Below are positions 31,738 to 41,360 of a stretch of DNA of 64,000 bases, one piece after another. How positions within the stretch are numbered: position 1 is the stretch's first letter; each line of letters opens with the position of its first letter. The stretch is from a virus. The position numbers and the translations under genes are program-made. The stretch covers positions 13,688 through 77,687 of the IMG/VR virus record IMGVR_UViG_3300015263_000597; one strand, given 5' to 3'. The notes beneath the pieces were generated by a model. That model made no database searches. It saw nothing but the letters and a program-made list of their open reading frames with translations, and was not told where the DNA came from.

Positions 31738-32533
31738 TGTGAACACAAGAAAGGCGAGTGATGAGCAAGACGGTAGATTGTTTCATTGACAGAGATAACA
31801 GCGGGCACTGGTACCTAGTCGAAGAGGAACACATATCAAGGAGTGGTGAACGATGTGCAAAGCTAGCAAGTACCGTTTGCTAAAGGAGGGTGAGACAGTC
31901 CGTCCGCTTGATGAGTTCTACGATGACGACGCGAAGAAGTGGAAACATGTGATGAATTCCGTTGGTAAGCCGGCACCTAACCCGTGTTACACGTCACATC
32001 GGCTGTTTCGACGTAGGCTTAAAGACGTTTAGTCACTGGAGGGATGTATGAGGCAATGGCCAGTACAGTTCACCGTAGACCAAGTTGCCTTAGAGCAATT
32101 TGCCAGAGAAGTACGGCAGGTTGTAGAAGACCGCTTGCCAGACGTGGGAGAACACGAGAAGTGCACAATACAGCCTCTAGAGCTGGGTAACTGCGAAATA
32201 CATATCCGTGGTCACAGTATACGAGTATACGACGGTGAGCACTGGAGAGAGGTAAGCAGCGTGAGTGACGCAGTAGCTATCATAGTGGGTGAGCGAGCTA
32301 GAGAACGACACACTGGTATGAAAGCGCACATTCTCGAAACAGCAGACAAGGACGTTAGGTAACTGATGGGCAAAGCATACCAGTTGTATATGTTCGACAT
32401 GGGTAGCCAGGGCACAGGGATGCTTATCATGCTGAATGAAAAGCCTGCGCACATCGACTCTCTACCTCTAGATGACCAGGAGGACATAAGGAAGTCTGTA
32501 CACCAGTGGGAGATAGACAGAATGAAAGGCCCC

Positions 32534-32562
32534 TTGACAAACGCTGCTGGCTAGTGTAGGAT
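32534..32562 (+). promoter_or_regulatory. sigma70 promoter
   Basis: TTGACA-N17-TAGGAT followed by a hairpin leader. Confidence 0.8.
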
Positions 32563-34002
32563 GCGTATAGTACTGGTCGCATGACGTAGGCGCGAGGCAG
32601 AAAACACGCTGCGGCGCATGTTGTCAGCGACTAGGCGGGCAGAGCGATAAAGGAAGCTAAAGGAGACCAACGTGCTTAAGTGGGAAGAGTACTCGCAGGT
32701 CAACACTGTCTGGGAAAACACAGCAGACGATGAGCCCGTATTCATCATCTGTGGACGTGATGAGCTCGCCGCAGTGCCTATTGTTGCCTGGATCGAAGCA
32801 GCCCGCGCAGCGGGTGTAGCGCATGAAAAGATCAAAGACGCTGAAGAGCTTCTACAGAGCTTTCGCGATTACGAACATAAGAAACTGCCTGACTAAGTAG
32901 AAAGGACTACGACCATGAACACACCAGACATCTACCGTGAAGCCGCCGCAGAGTGCATTACCGCACAGAACGAAGCGATACGTAAAGCGCGTGCTATCGC
33001 ATCTACGAAACTTTTCGACGCGGACCGCCGTAGAGCATTCAAAGCAGCTAGTTCCGCTGGTGACGGGTACGGTGAGTGCGCGGCGCTGTACTGTACGTTG
33101 GCGAGTAATGCAGTAGCTAAGAGAGCTCGATTGGATGTCAGCACCTGAAGATAGTTTCCGCGATCTACTAGAGATACTACGTGACGTACCTGCGTTCACG
33201 TTCTCTATTAACTGTGTGTCTGGTCTAGTAGGCTGCGATGTATGCCAGTGCTGGCGATGTACTGGCGTAGAGCCAAAAGACGAGAATCCTGGCTGGCGCA
33301 GAGCGGCGCAGTTGATAACCGAAGGACACAGAGCTGAATTGTCCAGATGGCTACAGGAGAACAAGAATGGAACCTAAAAAGACCCTCTACACTGTTATCG
33401 TCCCCATGTCTGGTGCAGCCGTGCTCCAGTTCGTCGGTGATTCTGACCTAACTGACAACGACGCGGTGTGTATTGCTATCCAGGGCGTAGAGGACGCGTC
33501 ACTGAAAGTCATCAATGGCGGATCATTGTGCGATATTAAAGAATGGGAGTTGCACGAGGGGTCAGTAGATCGTGGTAACGTCTGCTACTTTTCTCACACC
33601 TCGCCTGACGTGTACAGAGAGGACTATGAGTGATAATGAATAGCACAGTGACTCCGCTACTTAGTGACTTACGCACATCTCCACCAGACTGCGACGAGAT
33701 TTGTGATGGAACCGACTTTGCTATGAGTAGGCACGAGCTATATAAAAGCACCTACTGAGTACCCATGAACCACATACATATCAGGATACAGTGCGATGTC
33801 TCAGACGAAGACGCGCTAAAGACGCGATAGAGATGGTCAGTGCTGTTATAGATGACGGCCGTGTTTCCGTGTCTCGCTTTGGTCCGTCTTACTGTTCGGT
33901 GACACGGTTCGAGTCTTCTAGTGATGGCACGAGCTGCACAGTGATTGCGCATAGGACGAAGAAAAGCGACGTATTCGTAGTACGAAAGTGATACGGTAGT
34001 TT

Positions 34003-35757
34003 GTGAGCTTCTACGACGACTTACTAACTGGCTACGACGAACTGGTATCCACTCCAGAGGGGCTACCTGCGTCCGTAATAAACCGCCTCCAAGTACACCA
34101 ATCTCGTATGTCCACGCGGTCTCGTACTTGCCAGTCATGGCTGTACGAAAAACTCCCCGGCGTATTCAGTGATCCACCAGCGCGGTTTCACACTGACTTC
34201 TTTCATCATGTGGATACGCTGCGTCTCGGTGAGAAATCCCGTCCATACTTAGCCTGTCTACCTCGTGCAGCTGGCAAGTCTACCGTTGGCATGGGCGCTG
34301 CTGCGTTCCTCTCCGCCATGGGGCAAACTCGCTACGCCCTAGTATTATCTGAACATCTACCTAACGCACAAGACAGGCTGAAGTCACTGAGACTACTATT
34401 CGACGAACCCTCGTTTCGCCGCTCTTACCCATTGATAGCCAAGCCTGCCATGACTGCGGAAGGGCGGTTGTTAGGTTGGAGCAATCGTATTCTCTTTACA
34501 AAATCCGGCCACATATTCCAGGCCACTAGTCTAGAAGCTGGCAAGCGCGGTGCCAATCAAGCCAGTGTAGAACAGCCTGATCCAGATATGCCGGACGAAG
34601 CACGTGAGCTACTGAAAGCTGTTCGGCCTGATCTACTCATCATAGATGATATCGACAACCAGCTTGACACAGCGCGCGCAACGGCGCGTAAAGAGTCCAT
34701 CCTGTCTACCGAAGTGGTACCCATGGGCAGCCGACAGTACCCGTTACGTGTTCTTATACTCCAAAACAGGATCATACACAGCGGTGTGATAGGTCGTATC
34801 ATTGAACGCAAAAGCTCGTGTTTTAACGACGCAATAGTCAGTGGTCCATGGAAGGCCATAGTAGACCTGAAGACTAAACCAGTGATGCGCAAGGTCAAGG
34901 CTACTGGGGCAGAGAGCATGAGTGAAGCAGAGCTAGATGAGTACGTTCGTCAGCAACATGACGCAAGTCACCAGCAAGAGAGCGCACTTGAGCAATACGT
35001 AGAATACCCAGCACATGACATCGTGGGCGGTATCCCTAGCTGGCCGGAGGGGATGAGTATAGCCAAGTGTCAGCAGCTAATCGACGACATGGGTATAGGG
35101 GCGTTTCGCGTAGAAATGAACCACGAGACTACGAATCGCGAAGGGGCGTTGCTGGACGATTCGTACTTTCAACAAGTACCAGATGAGTTTGACTTAAAAA
35201 CGATCCGTGAACGTATTGTATCCGTTGACCCTGGCGGCGGTGCTACAGAGTCTGGCATTACTGTAATAGGCCGCTCTATAGGTGAGAAGGCTGGTACCCG
35301 ATGCATGATGTACTACGTCATGGAGGACTTGACTACGGGGCCGCGCGAAGGTTGGGAGGTCGTTGCTGTCATGGCGGCTCATCGGCACAAATGTGACATA
35401 CTGGTAGAGGACAACTACGGCGGCAAGAATCTAATCCGTGCAGTAGAAACAGTGCGCGATGACCTGCGACGACGTGGTAAGATACCTGGTCGACTACCTC
35501 AAGTCCACCCCGTACACGCTAGCAACAACAAACATGACCGCGCTGTACCGTTCTCTATGGTGTACAAAGAAGGCCGAGTGTGGCACGTAGGTGACCAATC
35601 GCGGTTGGAAAAACAGTGGACTAGTGCTATACTGGAGCAGAAGGGCGTAGAGAGCCCGGATACACTGGATAGTGCGGTCCATGGGTATAACTACCTGGAT
35701 AGTAAGCCGCAAGGTATCGTGGTTGCTGTTGGCGCTGGTACAGATAGCTTTGTGTAA
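34003..35757 (+). CDS. terL: Terminase large subunit
   Basis: Walker A PRAAGKST, Walker B LLIIDDID, RNase H-like VSVDPGG...SPDTLDS. Confidence 0.92.
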   Translation: MSFYDDLLTGYDELVSTPEGLPASVINRLQVHQSRMSTRSRTCQSWLYEKLPGVFSDPPARFHTDFFHHVDTLRLGEKSRPYLACLPRAAGKSTVGMGAAAFLSAMGQTRYALVLSEHLPNAQDRLKSLRLLFDEPSFRRSYPLIAKPAMTAEGRLLGWSNRILFTKSGHIFQATSLEAGKRGANQASVEQPDPDMPDEARELLKAVRPDLLIIDDIDNQLDTARATARKESILSTEVVPMGSRQYPLRVLILQNRIIHSGVIGRIIERKSSCFNDAIVSGPWKAIVDLKTKPVMRKVKATGAESMSEAELDEYVRQQHDASHQQESALEQYVEYPAHDIVGGIPSWPEGMSIAKCQQLIDDMGIGAFRVEMNHETTNREGALLDDSYFQQVPDEFDLKTIRERIVSVDPGGGATESGITVIGRSIGEKAGTRCMMYYVMEDLTTGPREGWEVVAVMAAHRHKCDILVEDNYGGKNLIRAVETVRDDLRRRGKIPGRLPQVHPVHASNNKHDRAVPFSMVYKEGRVWHVGDQSRLEKQWTSAILEQKGVESPDTLDSAVHGYNYLDSKPQGIVVAVGAGTDSFV

Positions 35758-37090
35758 GTAAGGGAGATCCACTTGGCACATACAGAAACAATCAAGCAAG
35801 CGCACGCCAGAATTGCTGCTGCCCTTGACATGGAAATGGACAAGTCTGGAATCACTGCTATGTACCCGGGGTGTGCAAGCTCGCATGGACTTGCGTATAT
35901 AGTGCTCGACGTGGTACGCACTGGGCAAGACATTGAACAGTGGACGATACGTGCGGATGTCAATGTGCCCGCTGGTAACCATGGGCCTGCCATGTTAGCT
36001 AAGAGGCTTGGCGAGCTAGCACAACTATCTCATGTTCAAGCGTGTGCGATGGCTATGGTAGGAGGTAGAACTTGGAACATGATAGAGTAGGTAGTATACA
36101 CAACGGTGCTTATCCAAGGAGAGCAGAAAATGTCCATCAAGATGCGCAAGATAATCTACAGAACACTAACTAGGATTGCCTGTTGGTTAGGCTCTCATGA
36201 TGTGTACGTACTACACGACGGACTAGGGAGTAGCTCTTTACCTGCGTGTCGTAGATGTGGCAAGCTGTTTCAGCGCAGATAGCTTTGTGTAGGAGAACGA
36301 AAAATGGCACTTCCTATTTACGAGCACAGACAAGTCGGCGACCACGAAACTCTACGTAAAGCTCTTACGGAAGAGGGGGCGTCTGTATCACAGATGTATG
36401 TAGACGACAGCGACACTGCCTGGGTTAACTGGGATGCAACAGTCCCGTCTAAAAACGTGTCCCTAGTTATTCGTGCGTATGGCAATAAAAGCAGAACACC
36501 TACTTTGGAAGTCGGTTTAATTATAGGCGATATCGAACTACCGCTATCTGGTAGCTTATCTCCAGAGCATAGAGCAGCAGATGAGGAACCTGATCAATGA
36601 CACACATAGCTTTGTGAGAATAAAGGAGTGCGTAATGGGACTTTTTGACTTTGTAGAAGACGCCTTGACTACAGTCGTGGAAACGCCGCGCAAAGTAGTC
36701 AACATGTCTGGTGACGTGGTAGCAAAAGTCGCTAAGGAAGCAGTACAAGCGCCAGACGTTATAGCTGATAACGTTGATAAGGTGCTTAGTTCATTGCTAG
36801 ACAGTGACTAGCTAGAGGGCAGCTATGGATAACAAAGACACCGCAGTTAAGCAAGAACGTCAGATACGTGCTGATCTAGAGTCAACAAATGCGTGTGGCA
36901 GTGAAAGTATAGGACTAGCAAATCTCGCAAGACACATGTCTAACGTAGCCCTGTCGAAACGCCAGGAATCTGGCATGGGTCAAAGGGACGCACTACGCCT
37001 AGAGTCTATAGCGACCAAAGCCGACGAGCTTGCAGAGTTGCTGGACGCGTGGATGCCTACAGACAGTCTTCAGATCTACTGGAGACACTG

Positions 37091-37507
37091 ATGGAACTAA
37101 CAGAGCTACAGCAACTGCTCGCAGACATTGGCACACGTATGCAACGTGCTATGTCGCTCGGTCTCTGGGATATTCAGTTCGTTGCTGCAAAGTCATCAGA
37201 CGCCGATGATGGAAGAATCGGTCTGTGCAGTCCGTTAGTATCGTATGAAACAGCTGTAGTCACTCTGTACTCTGATCGCGTACACACACGTGTAGATGTG
37301 CTAAGATCAGTTCGACATGAACTTATACACATTATGCTGAGTGATGTAGATATGATAGTAGAGTGTGCACGTACAGCCATCGGCGACAACACAGAGATAT
37401 TCGAGATTGCAAGACGTCATGCAGAAGAACGACAAGTGCTGGCTACTGAACGCTTACTTGACAGCGTGAGTCTAACAGCTGAGAAGTTACTGGAGATGGG
37501 TCAATGA
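37091..37507 (+). CDS. HExxH metallopeptidase-like protein
   Basis: LGLWDI...VRHELIHIML. Confidence 0.55.
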   Translation: MELTELQQLLADIGTRMQRAMSLGLWDIQFVAAKSSDADDGRIGLCSPLVSYETAVVTLYSDRVHTRVDVLRSVRHELIHIMLSDVDMIVECARTAIGDNTEIFEIARRHAEERQVLATERLLDSVSLTAEKLLEMGQ

Positions 37508-39006
37508 CACACATAGCCAATCGCATACACCCGTCCTACTTCCCAATGGCCGCCGCACGGGAACTATCACAAGCCTACATGATAGGCGCAGACGCGTTCC
37601 GTTTTGACGGCGCCAATGATCAAAAGTGGGTACGGCCTACGGCGAGCGAGTACGCATCGGCTAGTGATCCGCTGTACATACGTGGCTACCCGGTGTTTGA
37701 GGACCGCCTACGTCGATGGACTACTACCAACGTCTACGGTGACTCTATAGCCGTTAGTGCCTCACAGCCGATTAATGCCAACGTTGACCTCAGCGAATGG
37801 CCGGATATTCTAGCAGATCGCTGCGTGGGTAAGTATGGTGGCCTTACTGGCGCAGGGCAAGGCTTGATGCAGATGATGGAGATAACGCTAGAGAGTGTGT
37901 TTTTCTCAGGCATGGATTTCATACGGCTATTCGAGAAAGGCAATCGCGCGTTCTGGGTACGTGAACCGGCCGATAACTTCCTGTACTGGGAGTATGGCTA
38001 CAGCGAGAACGGCCTAGTGTTATTGGACGCCGTACTGGAAGGGTCTATAGATGGTACATTGGTACGTCGCGTATACACGGTAACTAGCGAAGGCGTAGAG
38101 TGGCGGGTATACCGCGCTAAAGAGAAAGATTCGTATAAGCGTCGCGTATACGCGCTAACTGACAAGGATGTCGAGCTGTCCTTGGAGCCTGAAAACAAGC
38201 CGTGGAAAAGCGGCTTGTATAGAGGTTTAACGTCAGTACCTGTTGAAGCATTCGCAGCAACATGGGATGAGCCGTACGTTTCTATGCCGCCGTTTAAGGA
38301 TGCAGCTGAGATACAGCTTAAGGTAGATCGCGGTGACTCGCACTTAGAGGACTTCAGGCTACGCGTAGCTACAGCAGCTGTGTTTGTAATAGCGGCGGAC
38401 TTAACAGTAGATGAGAATGGACAGACTGTTATGCCTAAAGCAGGCGCAGCTAGGCTACTTGCTCTACCTGAAGGCAGTAGTGGTGACTGGAAATCCTTAG
38501 ACAGCTCATTTATACCACAAGAGATAGAAGTACTGGAGGACCTGAAGAACGAGGTACGCCGTAAGTGCCTAGATCCGTTAGACGCCCAGTACAAAGGCGA
38601 CGTCAAGGCTACACAGATTGCAGTAGCAGACGCGCGGTCTATGTCTTATCTAGACCTTGCGTTTCTCGCAATGGCGCCAGGGGCTAAGCGACTACTGCGC
38701 GCTACGGCCCAGATGGAAGGAATACCAGTAACTAACGAACCGCAGCTTACCTTTAGTCGCCGCAGGCCAAAGGCGGAGAGTGATAGAAGTTTAGACCGCG
38801 TACTCGAGCTTTATGACAAGGGCGTTGTGCTTAACCGGCAAACTGTGCTCGCTGTTGCTCAAAGTGTAGACGACAGCATAAGCGCGGATGTGTGGGCGAA
38901 GATATTAGAAATGGAAGGATCTGGTAGTGAAGGTGAGGAGGGGAGCTTAGATAGCGAGCAGGACAGCGAACAGGATGACAGTGTCGAAGAGGAAGAGGCA
39001 CAATGA
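37504..39006 (+). CDS. Portal protein
   Basis: 500 aa between TerL and scaffold; PPF.D.AE.QL, KATQ motifs as in DUF4055-type portals; acidic tail. Confidence 0.75.
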   Translation: MTHIANRIHPSYFPMAAARELSQAYMIGADAFRFDGANDQKWVRPTASEYASASDPLYIRGYPVFEDRLRRWTTTNVYGDSIAVSASQPINANVDLSEWPDILADRCVGKYGGLTGAGQGLMQMMEITLESVFFSGMDFIRLFEKGNRAFWVREPADNFLYWEYGYSENGLVLLDAVLEGSIDGTLVRRVYTVTSEGVEWRVYRAKEKDSYKRRVYALTDKDVELSLEPENKPWKSGLYRGLTSVPVEAFAATWDEPYVSMPPFKDAAEIQLKVDRGDSHLEDFRLRVATAAVFVIAADLTVDENGQTVMPKAGAARLLALPEGSSGDWKSLDSSFIPQEIEVLEDLKNEVRRKCLDPLDAQYKGDVKATQIAVADARSMSYLDLAFLAMAPGAKRLLRATAQMEGIPVTNEPQLTFSRRRPKAESDRSLDRVLELYDKGVVLNRQTVLAVAQSVDDSISADVWAKILEMEGSGSEGEEGSLDSEQDSEQDDSVEEEEAQ

Positions 39007-39578
39007 GTCTACACGCTGTTAGCCGCTGGTACCAAGGCACAGATGGCGTAGTTTTTGAGCACTGCCGTAAAGCACGTAAAGAGCATGTGTGCGATGTTTG
39101 CCGTAATCATATTGAGCCAGGGGAAGACTATCGCGCGGTATGGTCACCTGAGTGCTTTACGGCTGCTTTGCATACCAGCTGTGCAGACCTTATAGATCAA
39201 CTACACGTGGAGATGGATTTGCGAGACGATGAGGGTATCTCGTATAACGAGGCTGCTGATCTGGCCAAACAGTGCGGATATACGTTCGACTTGACTATCC
39301 TGACCTGGGAGAAAGGGGTGGTCCCGTCATGACCGATCTTACAGCGCTGCTCGATGAAACAACGGGCACCAATACGTGGCAGCACGGTTGCTGTGCTGAT
39401 CATAAATGCGATACGACAACGTGCATGAGATTACCCCAAGGGGCCACTTGTGGTGGCTGTAAGCACGTTGAAAAATGCCTCTCCCTCGGGTTCACGTCGT
39501 CCGAATCGAATACCTGGTGTGATTTTTTTCCTAGACGGTTCCTGTCTAGCAAAGTCATTGCGTGACTCAGCCAGATCG

Positions 39579-39607
39579 TTGACATACGTATCTACACAGG
39601 CTACACT
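39579..39607 (+). promoter_or_regulatory. sigma70 promoter of the double-elbow RNA
   Basis: TTGACA(39579-84)-N17-TACACT(39602-07). Confidence 0.85.
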
Positions 39608-39614
39608 ACGTACT

Positions 39615-39729
39615 GGCTGTAGCTCAGTCTGGTAGAGCAAGCGTAGCCGCAGGTTCGAATCCTGCCTCTGTGCGCAGAGTAGCTCAGTCTGGTAGAGTGA
39701 CGCTGTCAGCGGTTCAAATCCGCTCAGCC
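39615..39729 (+). ncRNA. Anticodon-less double-elbow tRNA-mimic RNA
   Basis: Two D arms, two T arms, two acceptor-like stems and one shared 5-bp helix AGCGT/ACGCT. Confidence 0.85.
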
Positions 39730-39732
39730 CTT

Positions 39733-39760
39733 GAGAGCCCGGATATACCGGGCTTTCTTG
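39733..39760 (+). terminator. Intrinsic terminator
   Basis: GAGAGCCCGG-ATATA-CCGGGCTTTC-TT. Confidence 0.8.
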
Positions 39761-39763
39761 CTA

Positions 39764-39803
39764 TTGACAAGTGCAGCCGAGTAGTCTAGACTGTACAGTC
39801 TAG
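39764..39803 (+). promoter_or_regulatory. sigma70 promoter with an 18-bp palindrome over -10/+1
   Basis: TTGACA-N17-TAGACT; CTAGACTGTACAGTCTAG at 39786-39803. Confidence 0.8.
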
Positions 39804-39948
39804 TCCCGCCCTGCACCCGGTGACAACGAATGAAGGGCGGACTGTTAGAGGGTAGACTACCTGTCTACAAGGTTGAGGCACGGTTAAACGCGGTGCCAAC
39901 TTGGCCCACACTCCAGATCCTTAGGCGGGAAGTGAGTGTGGGCCTTTT
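39799..39948 (+). ncRNA. Candidate four-hairpin small RNA
   Basis: Own promoter, four stems, the last GGCCCACACTC/GAGTGTGGGCC followed by TTTT. Confidence 0.65.
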
Positions 39949-40009
39949 ACTGTCTACCCGTGCCTGAGTTTCATGTAGACGCCGTCTTATTTACCACAGG
40001 GGTGTTTAG

Positions 40010-40318
40010 CTAATCTGTCGGCTCCTGCTCTATCGGTTTCTTCGGCGCATTGCGTAAGCTAGCGGCGTGGGACACTATCATCCCATCGCCTACGTGCTCT
40101 CTGATTACTACAAAGTCATCGCCGCTGTCTGCTGATACGGATATGACGATAGTGCTGTGGTCTTGCCCTTCGCTCTCTACGTATAGATCTGTCCATATCC
40201 TTCCTTCTACTAGTGCAGTAAGTGCATAGTCTGTCTCTGCCGCCAAACTGCGTCGGGTTTTCCTACAATGATCGGATAGTGCTCTGTGCATTTTGTCTGT
40301 AATGCGGACGCTTTTCAT
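40010..40318 (-). CDS. Putative ribbon-helix-helix regulator
   Basis: MKSVRITDKMHRALSDHCRKTRRSLAAETDYAL; antisense to the structural operon with its own TTGACT-N17-TACTGT promoter. Confidence 0.6.
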   Translation of the reverse strand: MKSVRITDKMHRALSDHCRKTRRSLAAETDYALTALVEGRIWTDLYVESEGQDHSTIVISVSADSGDDFVVIREHVGDGMIVSHAASLRNAPKKPIEQEPTD

Positions 40319-40416
40319 TAGGTGTACCCTGTGTACAGATGTCACAACATGTAAACATCTGTCACACACAGTACACCAGTGTGCCAGCTCAGTCAAGTAC
40401 TTTTTTCCCCTTATTC

Positions 40417-40445
40417 TTGACTTTCTGATCCGAATATCCTAGACT
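40417..40445 (+). promoter_or_regulatory. sigma70 promoter of the head/tail operon
   Basis: TTGACT-N17-TAGACT, back-to-back with the leftward promoter at ~40368-40396. Confidence 0.8.
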
Positions 40446-40531
40446 AGTTACCCAGAGCTGCCCAAAGCTCACCCATCGCGGTTGTCATACCGCAACACCT
40501 ACCGTCGGTACTCAAACCGGAGGACACTGTT

Positions 40532-41335
40532 ATGCCTATAACGAGCGAAGAAATCACAGATGCCCTTGGACTGTCCGAGCTGTCAGACGAGCAACAGACT
40601 TACATCAGCGCACTTGTGGCCAAGTACACAGAGGCTGAACAAGGCATCGACAAGGTAAAGGAAGCTGCGGCCAAAAAAGCTCGCTTACAAGCTAACCGCA
40701 CTAAGGAACTGCTAGAGAAGCTACTTAATGCAGATAGTCCAGATGAGCTAGATCTTGGCGATTCTGCGCCGGACGAGAAAGATCCGCTGGCAGGAATAGC
40801 CGCCTTACTCAAGCAGCACAAAGAGTCCGAGCTGTCTGGTAAGTCCGAACTCCAGCAGCGCCTTGAGGAACTACAGGCATACAACGCAGAGCAAGAAAAG
40901 AAGCTTAAGGCTCACGAGACCAAAACGGCCGAAATGCTCAAGAAGATGCAAGACGCCGAAACGGCCCGTGCTGAGAAAGAGCTTTACGACTTTGCGGTCA
41001 GCAAGTACATGGACAAGGTCAACGAGGACATGCGCCCAATAGTGTGGGAAAAGACGCGACCAATGGTCAGCCAGGTCAATGGCGCGCTAATTGTCAAAGA
41101 TGCTGATGGCACTCCGCGTATGCTCGGCGACAAGGTTGCAGATTACAGCGCGCTACTTGGCGACATGCGCACCGGTGGCAAAGAGTTCGGCCTGAACCTA
41201 GCATCCGCTTTCACACCCGTAGACAAGGACACAGAACCTGGTAACACCCGCTCACCGCTTCACCCGAACGCTGGGCAAACAACAGAAGAGCCTGACAAGC
41301 TCTTCCAACGGCTCTACGGAGGCAAAGGTCTGTAG
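40532..41335 (+). CDS. Capsid scaffolding protein
   Basis: Charged coiled coil directly before the MCP; GGAGG RBS. Confidence 0.8.
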   Translation: MPITSEEITDALGLSELSDEQQTYISALVAKYTEAEQGIDKVKEAAAKKARLQANRTKELLEKLLNADSPDELDLGDSAPDEKDPLAGIAALLKQHKESELSGKSELQQRLEELQAYNAEQEKKLKAHETKTAEMLKKMQDAETARAEKELYDFAVSKYMDKVNEDMRPIVWEKTRPMVSQVNGALIVKDADGTPRMLGDKVADYSALLGDMRTGGKEFGLNLASAFTPVDKDTEPGNTRSPLHPNAGQTTEEPDKLFQRLYGGKGL

Positions 41336-41360
41336 GGCGCAAACTTGAGGAGCCTGAACC

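Noticed and set aside
39615-39729. Reading this locus as two decayed tandem tRNA genes
   Set aside because: Neither half closes its own acceptor or anticodon stem, but all strands pair across halves; promoter and terminator are intact
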